Source of the DNA: Iphione sp. A-MEVVRFRX5
Lineage: Eukaryota
NCBI GenBank assembly: GCA_976226885.1
Contig: OZ320315.1
Location: 97,588,001-97,652,000, forward strand
Length of the DNA stretch: 64,000 bases
Direction: 5' to 3'
The notes under the pieces were generated by a model. The model searched no databases, was not told the origin of the DNA, and worked only from the letters and a program-made list of their open reading frames with translations. The translations under genes were made by a program, and so were the position numbers. Position 1 is the stretch's first letter, and each line of letters starts with the position of its first letter. Positions 35,715-46,540 of the stretch are shown one piece after another.

Positions 35715-37174
35715 AGTCAAGTCAAGTAAAGTCAAAACACTTTATTCACTTCTCAAGCATGATCGTATGAGGTGTTAATGTGAACATTATTAAGGAAAAA
35801 ATTTAAATATTATAAAAGATGTTTAAGTCGTAGAATTTCAAGGCGTTTCTTTCTTGCCGGCAGCAAATTCCAATTTTTGAGGCCAGTATAATAGAAGCCC
35901 TTACTCGTAGACGACAGGCGAGTCTTTCTTAGTCGAATCTGGTTAGTCTGCCCACGTCTTGTTCATCCTGGTCACTCACTGTGAAGGATATTTTCCCTAT
36001 GCAATCTATGAATGAGCAGAACAGCTCTTAATGTAGACAGTTCCTTAAGGGTTAGTAATGAGAGTTTTTCTCGTATTCTTTTAGCACTAACAACACGCCT
36101 GGCTGGCAATGACAAAACAACTCTCTTGATTGAAGAATTAAATTCAATCTGAAGTGATGTTAGTACTTTTGATGATGCCCCACATAAAAAGGCGAGGCCA
36201 TAAAGAAACAGTGGTTTGATAAAGCCCCGGAAGGCATTAACTCGGGCACTATGGGGTAATTGATAGCACAGTCGAGATATCATCTTACTACGACTTCTAA
36301 CCCTTGAGATAATCAATTTAACATGGGCAGTCCAAGTCAGTCAGGGATCCAACCGATACCCTAGGAGTATTGGATTTTTATCATGTTTCAAGCCATTGCC
36401 GTTCAACTTTAGGTCTAAGTTAAACAGTGCACTGCATCCAAGGCAAGTGTATGTTGTCTTGGCTTCATTTATACTCAAGCGATTGGTCTGTGCCCATTCT
36501 TTTACCCTATGCAGTCCATGCTGCAACTTTAACCCAAGACTGAGTATGTTACTAGCACTGGCAGCTAAGGTAACATCCTCAGCATAGATGACGGCCTGGG
36601 TTACTTTCAAATTTTCTTCAATATCGTTTATCATCAACGCGAACAGGAGGGGACCGAGAATGCTCTCCTGCGGCACCCCCTGCCTCATATGCATATACTC
36701 TGAGCACTGATTGTTGCAGCTAACGTATTGCTTTCTTCCTGCTAGCTAAGATGTTAATAATTTGACCCTCCCAGAACTTATCCTCATCTTGTATAACTTG
36801 TTGATTAGAACAACATGATTTATTGCATCGAAGGCCTTAGAAAAATCCGCCATGACTATACCAAAGTGCAGACCCTTATCGATAGACTCATAGGCATTAA
36901 TTGGCAGGGATGCCACAGCGGTCTCGGTCCCCCTCCCTCTGCGAAAACCATGCTGTGATGTGGTCAAGAGATTATTTCCTTGGAGAAAGAACGATAACTT
37001 TTTATAAATAATATGTTCAAAAATCTTTCCAATAGCTTGTAAAATTGAAATTGGGCGATAGTTACCCTTGTCAGTATATGGGGGCTTTTTAGGGATGGGG
37101 GTCACTTTAGCCAGTTTCCAGCTATCTGGAAACTCATTAGCACCTAGCAAGTTATTGAAGATGTCTGACTCCAC
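35715..37174 (-). mobile_element. 5'-truncated LINE RT (frameshifted)
   Basis: WKLAKVTPIPKK..NYRPIS, QHGFR, DFSKAFD, GVPQESILGP, YAED; (CTTGA)n tail 35715-35735. Confidence 0.9.
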
Positions 37175-37530
37175 CTATATGTGTATATATATATATATAT
37201 ATATGAGTACATGCACCGCATAATATAATTGCAAAGAAATGTGTCTACACATAGAGGTACCAATATATATGCACTAGCACTGACTCCACCTATATGTCTA
37301 CACATTCAAGTAGTATTACCTATATATATGTAGACACCTCATAGGTAGCACTATGGGTAGCATTACATTTGTGGTAGTACTACATCTAAAACAGGCCCTA
37401 GCCTACACCTGTGGGTAAGACTGACTCAAACATGTACATAATGTCAGATACATAATTATAGGTATAGAACTAGAGGTAGTAATGCATGTGGCAGTACTAC
37501 ATCTAAAACAGGCCTTAACCTACACCTGGG
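37165..37530 (+). repeat. (TA)n plus degenerate ~117-bp tandem repeat
   Basis: ctgactccacctatatgt x2; gtagtactacatctaaaacaggcc..cctacacctg x2. Confidence 0.7.
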
Positions 37531-38982
37531 AAACATATATGCCACATACTATACCAGACACATTATTATAGGTAAGACTACATGTAATGTTATGAATGTC
37601 TCCTTACCAATAGGTTCGGATCACTTTCCAGCCTGTAAATTGGCAGGAATTGTTGGCTTGAAACAGCTAGACGTACTCAGAAGCAAGTACGTCACCGGAG
37701 AGAGACTGATTGAACTCATTAAGGGTGGCATCTTTTATACCTGTCCTGTCACCCTCACAAGTCCATGGGTGGCCAGGAGACGTCCAGGATGACTCCCTGG
37801 ATGGTATGAACAACTCACACAGACTAGGGCATCTGTAAAGAGCGACGTATCCCGCCCTGGTGTATGACCCGGTACTAACTACTCGGTCCCCAGGCCCTGC
37901 AGCCTCACCCGGGGACTGGCAACCTGTCACATTTTGCAAATAAAAAAAAACATGAGACAAGGATTACAAAATACAACAACTATGGTAAATTAAGGCAATA
38001 AGACAAATATAGCATAGCCAAGGTTATTCCTGATTACACTAGCTTTCATATGAAATTTGAATCACGAAAATTGGAGGTTCATTAGTAAAGATAGGGTGGG
38101 ACTACTTTTAGGAAGAAGCATCAGGCCCTGGAAGGAAAGTGGCCTTGGCCCCTGTGGCACAAATGACCCTTATTTATTTCTACTGTATTTTACAGACATT
38201 ATGTATATGGAGACCAGTATATACAATATTTTTTATACGTTATACGAGTACATGCATGCATAATAGTGAAATAAAAAATGAAAATGATATGTGTGACGCG
38301 AAGTTATGTGCAATTTTGATGTGAGTATAATATTGTTTTTGCTCTAATAAAATACCATCCGAAAATAAGTGTATTTTAGCAGATTATTTAGACCCGTTGT
38401 TTCCCTGGCTGAATTTACTTACATGTACAGAATGTCTGTCCAAACTCGTGCAGAGGTTGGTTTGTTCAGAGTATATTGTAATTGTGCTTGTTTGTATTTA
38501 GAAGCGGCTTATTATGCCCCATTCAGATTAATATTCATATTTCGCCGAAGGTTTTGTTGCAGTCACTTCAGTTTACATTGTTATGTATTCTGGAGAGCGG
38601 CTCATTGCCAACATCCGAAGGCTGACGCGAGAATGCTGGCCTCCTATGGTACCTTTAGGTTCATTTCATATTCCTTTCCAAATGCTAGTGCATACTTCTA
38701 CATAGTCCTTTCCGCACAAATGCGATACATCAGATGGTACCTATTGCCACAGCAGGTGTTTTGCATGGATTGACTATACAGCATTCATTTTTGTGGGCGT
38801 GGTTGTTTCATAGTCACATTTGAAAACATTTTATTGAGATTTTAGTATCACCTACAACTCGCCATGGAATTGTACAATGTTTTTGGTCGTAACAATGAGC
38901 CGATTCCCAGCAGTGGAAGTAGTTCGTAGTGTGAATGTTGTCGCAATTTCTTGAGCTTATGGTCAGTCATACATGAAAAAAG

Positions 38983-39165
38983 TACTTACTTACTTCTCTT
39001 CATTCCGATGGGAACATAGGACCCACACTGTAGATCTCCATCTCGCTCTATCTTTTCCAGTTGTTGACCAGTCGTCCTCTCTTTCGTTTTCCCTGTGGAT
39101 TCCAATCTAGGGCATGGCATTGAATGTGAGCCTGTCCTCTGCACAGGGTGTGTGTGATCCAACCC
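38983..39165 (-). mobile_element. 3' end of an RTE-clade LINE
   Basis: WITHTL..ALDWNPQGKRKRGR..DRARWRSTV..LCSHRNEEK-stop followed by (TAAG)n. Confidence 0.85.
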
Positions 39166-39639
39166 CACTTCATCTCGATACTCTTGGTAATTCATTTCAT
39201 CTCAATACTCTTGGTTATTCAGTCTTATTTTGTCCTGTGTATGAATTCTTCATTTGAGATTTTTTCATGAAACCTGTTCCAGTTTTACATCATCCTATTA
39301 CTAGACTCATACAGTGAAAAGTGCAATATATGTACTCTCTCATGAATTATGCTAAAATTCACCTGTTTGAAAAAGAGTAGTGAGTCTAAAAATATTAAAT
39401 TATAAAAGGGGTAATGTACGAACATTTAATTTTAAAAAGCGTATAATAATAACCAACCTGTTGATTGATGAGTTGAGAAATTTTGTCTCAAGAAAACATC
39501 TCCTTGTGGAGCTCATATCGCACATATCCTTCTGGCTATATGATGTAAAGGATGGATGCAATGAAGTGAAACATTAGCGCTCAGTGCACACATCGTCTTG
39601 TGCACTTATGCCCTGGTCATGCCGGGCTTATTACCCCAC

Positions 39640-40500
39640 CTAGTTTCTTTTCAAATTCTTAATAAATTTTTCCAGCAATAGTACAAGTTTGATTTTTCCA
39701 GCCCTATTGAAGTGGCAGCCATCTCCAAGCATTTTATAGCTAGTAGCCCTCTCACCCCTTCTTCTCCTATATGTGAGGTATCCTATAATGTCCATTCTGA
39801 AAATTGACATCAGTGATTGTGTGGTTGACATCCCTTAAGATTACATTTGCTGCGTGTTGTGTTTCAGTGCTACCATTCAAATCCTTGATTCTATTGATAT
39901 GTATATTGTACTTAACCACATTTATACCTGGAATAATCCCTAGATAAAAAAAATAATTATGTCCAAGCTTATTGTACAATCTGAAACTGGCTTCCTCGAT
40001 TATGGTCAACATGTTATTGACTACCTTTTCGGCTGAGGTACTTCTCAGTTCAATTGTGGCATAGCTGTCCCCACTCTGGTCATGCTTCAAACTCTTCTTG
40101 GTGCAATTACTTATGCCACCTAGCAAAATCTCTCCCATTATAACACCAGGATTAACGCTTACCTGTTCTAACTCCTGTACAAGTCTGTCCAACCATGCTC
40201 CAGGGAACATAAGTACTGACACCTGTTTCCCTACATCCCCCATCATACGTTCGAGGGCTGCACCTCTTGTGTCTGTCACACAATCAGGGATCTACTACTT
40301 AAAATATCACAATAGCCTTTAGCTTTTTTCCCTGCTGCCGCTGCCCTCTCTGGCGATGTGTACGATCTGCTCTGTGCGCCTCTCGCGCATGTGGTCTCAT
40401 CCCCTTTTGTTCGTCTGTACCGAATCGTCGTCCAGGAATCCCCACGCTTTGCACCCCGATGTTACCAATTTGCCACTGCTCCACTGTTAGTAGTAGTCAC
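39640..40500 (-). pseudogene. conventional esterase-type LINE ORF1 (basic N-terminus + SGNH)
   Basis: SWTTIRYRRTK..SP..DIL then SLIVTDTRG, MFPGA, LLGGISN, LGDGCHF; no NADAR upstream. Confidence 0.75.
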
Positions 40501-41194
40501 TGCCTCTGTTATACTACAAGGAAACGATGTAACAATCAGCATATACATATAATTGCTCAGCAGTTTCACAGACAATTATATTCATAGTTCCGAACTTCTC
40601 ACAACACTTGTTATAATTATCCAATTGTGTCTCAACAATAAACTAGCTCAGTAATCTCACCTCTCACTAATACTACAGCTTTGCCCGTGTAGTTTCTGCC
40701 AGGAAAATTCCCTACTGGAATCAATGCTTCATGCAGTCCACAAGCGATCCCATAAATGGTGTGATTTGAAACTTTGAGAAATTTTTTACTTTGTCTTTAG
40801 CAAGTGTTCGATAGTGTCCGGATGTTGTTTGTAGCGTTTGCTGAGGATCATGGAGAGTGCCTCTCTCTGCACCCTCCGACTGTGTCCATGTGAGTGGGAC
40901 GCGCAACACAACATGTCTGTCATGATGCCTTTACACCTCCGAAAAGCAAGTTCTCTTCAGAAGCTGGCAGCTGCCTCCAGTGTTGTGCACCTCCATACTA
41001 GCTGTTTTTGCTCAGCTATGTGGGAAAGACACATTTTCATAGCTGATGGTACTGTTTCACCCCGTGCTATATACTATAATCGGAAGCAAATTGAGCGATA
41101 CAGAGTGTCCTCTAATTCTCTAATTCACCATTCACCCTAGTCGTGCTGTCGGATCACCAAGTTATTTCCTTCGCCCCTCCACAGCTTCTTCTGT

Positions 41195-41630
41195 TCCTGT
41201 CTCATTTTAGCCTGATCTGTTGCAGTAGCTAGGATAGTCGTCCTTTGGCTGGGTAGCTGTTTTGGTAAGACAAAATTGAGACATTCTCTCCAGCTTAGTA
41301 CATAGATGACTTCATGGTAAAGATCAGATTAAATAGGATGCACAGCTTAGTACATATAAGATGTCATGGAAAGGATTGGTTTATATAAGGTACACTAATT
41401 ACTTTCATAATGACTAGACTTATACAGTCAATGTACTCTATTATTGATTATAAAAAAATTATCTGCTTGAAAAAGTAGTGGCTATAAGACTATTTACTTA
41501 CAAAATGGGAATTGTAACACCAGTTACTTAAAAAAGGCTATTATGATTACCATCCTGGTCCTGTTTCATTTCAGCCTGATCTGTTGTAGTGGCCAGGGTT
41601 GGTCTCCTTTGGCTGGGTAACTGTTAGCGG
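41195..41630 (+). repeat. ~70-bp direct repeat pair about 360 bp apart
   Basis: cctgtctcattttagcctgatctgttgcagtagctagg..cctttggctgggtagctg vs cctgtttcatttcagcctgatctgttgtagtggccagg..cctttggctgggtaactg. Confidence 0.8.
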
Positions 41631-41649
41631 GAGAATTAAGATTCAGACT

Positions 41650-41972
41650 TTTGCTGAAACTTAGTGCGTTGATGACTACATCGAAAAGATGTTTAATCAA
41701 TTCCCGGTGCGCCAATTACTTTTATGAATTACAAGCGGTAGGGGGTGATTGCGATTTACAATCAAAGGAGATTGGGTCTACTTCAACCGGGGCCTTCTGG
41801 AAGAACAAGAAGAGGCAAAGAGAGGAGGGGACATCTGCTTCAGCCTAAGTCCTCTAAATTTGCCTCGTGCTTGTGGTACCGAGGCGTTCAACTTTGGAAC
41901 GCTCTTCCCAGCCAGCTGAGAAGCAATGATAGGCTAACACTTGCTCGGATACTCGGGCATTGGAAACAGTAA
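41650..41972 (+). pseudogene. LINE RT C-terminal fragment
   Basis: PKSSKFASCLWYRGVQLWNALPSQLR. Confidence 0.7.
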
Positions 41973-42771
41973 AATTCCGTAATGGTGGTGCCAGCGTTGA
42001 CGATTAGGGAAAGTCGAGTCTTGATGCAATCAATAGCTGTCAAGCTTATTCGGGGATGGTAGGGAGGGTAGAACGGGCCAGGTCAGTCTTTAACTCTTAT
42101 AGGTACTTGTGCCATATCGGGAGGTTTTAAGAGAGGAACATATGCTGATTAACTGGCCGTCTCTTAGGCATGCTTTAACACACAGGCTAGGATGTGTTGC
42201 CGCTTTAGAGCCCGGCATCTAATTGTGTTCAGTGCTCTTCAAGATTGCTCAAAATAACCTCTATCCCTTTGTTTGAAGTTCTGGTGCCTCCCTATGGGAT
42301 TATTCTATGGCAAACCTAACTGTCAGGCTGACCAGCTGCTACAAACAACCCGGTGACCAGCAGGGAAACCATCTTATGTTGTTAAGCAATGCAAACCCAT
42401 ATTCGTGCAATGCTTTGCTTGGAAAGCTGTATTCAGTGTAGCATAAGAATGTAAACCCATACTCTTGTGATACATATCAAAATTAAGAACTCTTCGTTGT
42501 ACAGAAAAGCTATTGAATTTGAAAATTGAAGACTTATATAGTGAAAAATGCAATCCATATACTCACATTACTATCCCAGTTACTGAATTCTTATTATATT
42601 TATCAGCTGTTGGCAAAGATTTATTGATAACCTGTCCTTTTTTGTTGCTGCTGTTTCTCTCTCTGTGTCTGTCGGCTTCCCTGGGACACTTGCCTCCTTT
42701 TGTGGCTGTCCGTGGAACAATAAAATTAGATTTTTCTTCAATTATCGGTTATGGACACCCATCTCCAAGAC

Positions 42772-43125
42772 AGGGGGCCTAAGGACCCCCCGTCTAAGGT
42801 ACAGGAGGGGTGGACCTAGGGACCTAGGGACACCTTCCTCCAATAGGTAGGGGGCCTAAGGCCAACCTTCTGAGATGTAGTGGATATGAGGACACCCATA
42901 TCTTATACAGGGGCCCTAAGGCCCTGTCAGCTATATAGAGGGGGGCCTGGGGACACCTGCCTTCTATAGATAGGGGGCCTAGGGATACCCTTTTGACAAG
43001 TAGGGGGCCTAAGGACAGCCATCTCTTATACAAGAGACCTAAGGACACCTTTCAGCTATACAGAGAGGGTCCTTAAGACACCTTACTCCTATAGGTAGGG
43101 GGCTTTGGGACACCCTTCTGAGATA
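42772..43125 (+). repeat. degenerate ~31-bp GC-rich minisatellite
   Basis: about 10 units of GGGGCCTAAGGACACC..TATAGGTA-like sequence. Confidence 0.85.
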
Positions 43126-43255
43126 AAGGATTCAAGGATTCAAGGATTTTTATTACCCAAATTCTGCTGCTCGGAGAGGAGCAGGAGAGGAGGTAAGGAA
43201 GGCTAAACCCCCTCCCTCCTGACACAGACATAATAAAATTGTAAGCCTAGCGAGA
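43126..43255 (-). mobile_element. very short LINE 3' end
   Basis: (CCTTGAAT)n tail, AATAAA, hairpin CTGCTC/GAGCAG 43167-43184. Confidence 0.6.
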
Positions 43256-43326
43256 CAATGCACTGAGTCGGCGGAGTGCAATGCACTGAGTCGGCGGAGT
43301 GCAATGCACTGAGTCGGCGGAGTGCA
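43256..43326 (+). repeat. perfect 23-bp triple tandem repeat
   Basis: caatgcactgagtcggcggagtg x3. Confidence 0.95.
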
Positions 43327-43329
43327 TTT

Positions 43330-46081
43330 ATCCTCTGCTATGGCCAGGCTTAGCTTTCTCATAATGTCAAGGGTACCGTGATATGCAATGGATGGTGGTA
43401 CATACCGGTGTCCTGAGTCCAAAAAATATTTTTCTGATGGGATATGTGCATTCACGCCACTGTAAGACAAAGTCTATTATGATTCTCCTATCAGAGGGCT
43501 GTTTCTCAGGAGTTGACAGCATTGGACTAGCTACATACCATGGAACAGAAGGGGTTGATGCTCTGGACCAATTACAACATTATACAATAGCTTGGTATCG
43601 ATGTACTTTTGCACAGCATGCAGGTATTTGGTAGATGAAATGAAATTTTCATCAAAATCAAATAAAATGTCTGGACCTTTGTAACCAATGGAGGAGCCAT
43701 AAAGGATGTTATTATAAATGAAACTGTCTAGTGGGCTCAACATGAAATGCCCACCCACTCTGATATGGCCAGGTGGGTGGGCAGGGGGATTTTAGCTTCC
43801 AGTTGGTTGGGCCTGCCTGTTTTTTGGACACTGGAATAAACCAAAAAATTGTAGTGATGGTTTGGGTCAATGGTTGTATAAGGGGTTGGCCATGACAGGA
43901 GGTGTGTGAGGGTCATTGCATTGTATTGCAGTCCTGCCAGCAGCTGAGTTGTTGTCATGCCGGGGTAGCTGTCTTGTATCTAGGTGACCCAGTCCGGTTC
44001 CGACTCACTGCCATTCTTCCTGTCGGCATCTTTGGGCCTGCGGCTGTATGTTGGATTGTGGCCGCTGCTGCTGTTGCAATTTCTTCCTGAGTCGGCATGC
44101 CTCTGTCTTGTGTTCGAACCTCCTGCTTAAATGATAAAGGCGATCTAGGGCATGCATGTATTATCATGAATACCTCATTACCTTCAGGTTTTTATCACAC
44201 TTCCTGCAGCCACTGGGGGCATATAACCACAGAGTCTTTCTTGCTTTGCATCAACAACTTTCCCTTCCCCTTCCCTTTGATTCGAGGTAGTCATTAATGG
44301 CCCTGGTTTTGCATAAGTGAGCCACATGCTTATTACCCCAATTAAACTTTTTCTTTTTGGCTGCATGCCATAATTCCATGACCCACTGTCTCAGCGGGGG
44401 CCACAGCAATGATATTGCCTCCTCGGAAACCTCTGCTAGGTGGGTGAACAAAATAGTTTGATCTTTTATCAATCTGGCTAGGCCAACGATATACTGTGGA
44501 AAAGTCAGTCCTTCAACATCTGGGATGTCAGACTTCTTGAAATAGATGTATGTAGCAGGGGAAATTAACTTTTTCTTCTTACCTGCCATAGAAATTGCCG
44601 AAGGGTAGATGAGTCCAGCTATCTGCTGAAATGTGTGTGTTGCCTCGTTGCACAGCTGTTCTGGTGGTGGGAGTTCATTTTCCTTGGACTCCTCTGACTG
44701 TGTGACATTACTGGTTGTTTCCATGTGTTGTCCTCTTACTGCCGCTTCGAGGAACTCTGTATGGGTCTTGATAAGTTTAACCCTTTTAAGAACTTTGTAT
44801 AGCTGTGCGTTTGTATTTTGCCTGGAGACCCTGCAGCTTCTATGCATGAGATGGTGTGTGAAGCCTATTTATATAACTGTGGTTCAATAAGCCGCTACCA
44901 CGGGGCCTGTTACCTCGCAAATCCTTACAAGCACATTCTTCCCTTGGGCTTGCGAGGCGTAGCACATCCTTCATGCATTGTTCTCTGCTTTCCTCCTCCG
45001 TCTGTCACTATACCTCAACTTGGTCTGCCGTTTGGAGAATTTCTCGTTCAAGAGTCCCCTGCTGTTTCAGCCTTTTTTGCTTGATATGCGTGTTCGGCAC
45101 TCTGGTAAATTGTATCCTTGTGTTGAAAGGTAGCTTGATATAGGTTGCTCAGACTCGCACATGGACTTTCAAATACCACTCTGTCGTCCGTGACCGCCTG
45201 CTTCTTCTTGTCCAGTGTGAAATCCGCGGGTAGGTTACATAACTCCCTCGCCTTGAATGAGCGATCGTTCACGTATAAGGTCAAACCATTCACTGATGCC
45301 TTATGCCCCTGAGCCTTTGCCAGATTCATGATCACCCTCATCTCGCCTTGTTGTTCCCTTTGCTTGACTGTCAGATCATTAGAGAGCCATATGTTTGAAC
45401 CTTTCAGTTTGTTCCTGCTCTTCATTACCGCAAAAATTATCCTCCTGGGCCAGGAACTTCACTACCAGCTCGCGGACCCCTTTGACTGATTCTTTACTTA
45501 TCCGGTAACAGCCTCCAACAGCCCTCCTATTCACTTTTATCCCTACTTTGCATAGTCGAGTCTGTACCTCATCAGACGGTTTCTGTCCCTCCTTCCCAGT
45601 TAATCCGCTGACCACCTGTGTGTTTGACCTCATGGCCTTATCCATTTGTGACAGACTCGACCTCCGTTTGGTTAGTTTTTTTAGAGTTGACTTCTCATCG
45701 GGTAGTCTCACTATCTCGATTCTTAGCTCCTCATTCTGTTTAGCCAGGTTCTCATTTTTTTGAGCCTCCGCCGAATCACCCTGAATTTTCTTTACCTCCT
45801 TTTCCATGTTCTCCCAACTACTGTGCGTGCCCTTAAATGTTGCCTCCATTGTTCCAAATTCTTTCTGTGCCTGCCTTCTTTCCCTTATGTATCGATGAAG
45901 ACACCTTTCTCTCCCTCTTTTTTAGCTCTCTGTTGATCACCCCTTTACAATACATCAGAATCCTCTCCTGCCTGTGTTCCCTGTTCATCTCTAGTATGTC
46001 ATATATTGTTTCCGCCAATTCCTCATGCTCGCCTCGAACCTTTGTCCCGTCTAATACTCCAACCTGGCCCTCTTGAGTCAC
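43330..46081 (-). mobile_element. Element E5: DIRS/Ngaro-type retrotransposon remnant whose gag region begins with an L1-like ORF1-NADAR
   Basis: coiled coil/RRM/CTD 45190-46081; NADAR SLSNLYQATF..YQSAEHAYQAKKA..REILQTAD..EQCMKDVLR..PGKN (45180-44765); Ngaro-like gag LTFPQYIVGLARLI..HLAEVSEEA..W..LRQW (44251-44600); RT start SIGYKGP..VQKYID..IGP, SPMLSTPEK..RRIIID..SGVNAHIP (43330-43758); 3' part lost. Confidence 0.75.
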
Positions 46082-46540
46082 TTGGTTTGCCTTAGCACTT
46101 GTGCTTGCGAATTATAGTCACCAGCCTTGACCCTGGGTTCCTTCTTGTAGCTCCTTGTAAGTAATTTTGTTCAAATTCTTCAAATTCGGTAACCTTCTTT
46201 CTTCCTTCAAAGAGATTTATGGGTCCTGATTACTTCCCATACATTTTAGCATTGATCTGCTATCCAGTTATCTTCACCATCATTCCGAAATCCCACTTAT
46301 ATATTGGGCAAATCCTCATGTGCATCTGACCTGTGTGCTGCCATAATTACGTTTACATGATGATACTGAGCTAATTCCTTGGAACTGATGGACACACTTT
46401 GGCTGCCAGTATCACTACAACTAACATCGTCACTGACTGACAACATTTCACAACTTCTATTATATTTTATTAGCAATAATAATAATGAATCTTCAATGTA
46501 GAATTTGGTCCCGTTAACATTTGACCAAAGCTATGATAAA

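Noticed and set aside
37592-37960. GC-richer ORFs that might be a protease or TE fragment
   Set aside because: No motif recognised in any frame
40477-40485. Third AGTGGAGCA 5' motif
   Set aside because: Falls inside probable ORF1 coding sequence; a 9-mer is expected by chance
42824-43048. ORF with repeated LGPL
   Set aside because: Translation of the minisatellite
43256-43326. CRISPR-like array
   Set aside because: Adjacent repeats without spacers, eukaryotic context, no cas genes; the 59-62 kb satellite is rejected for the same reason
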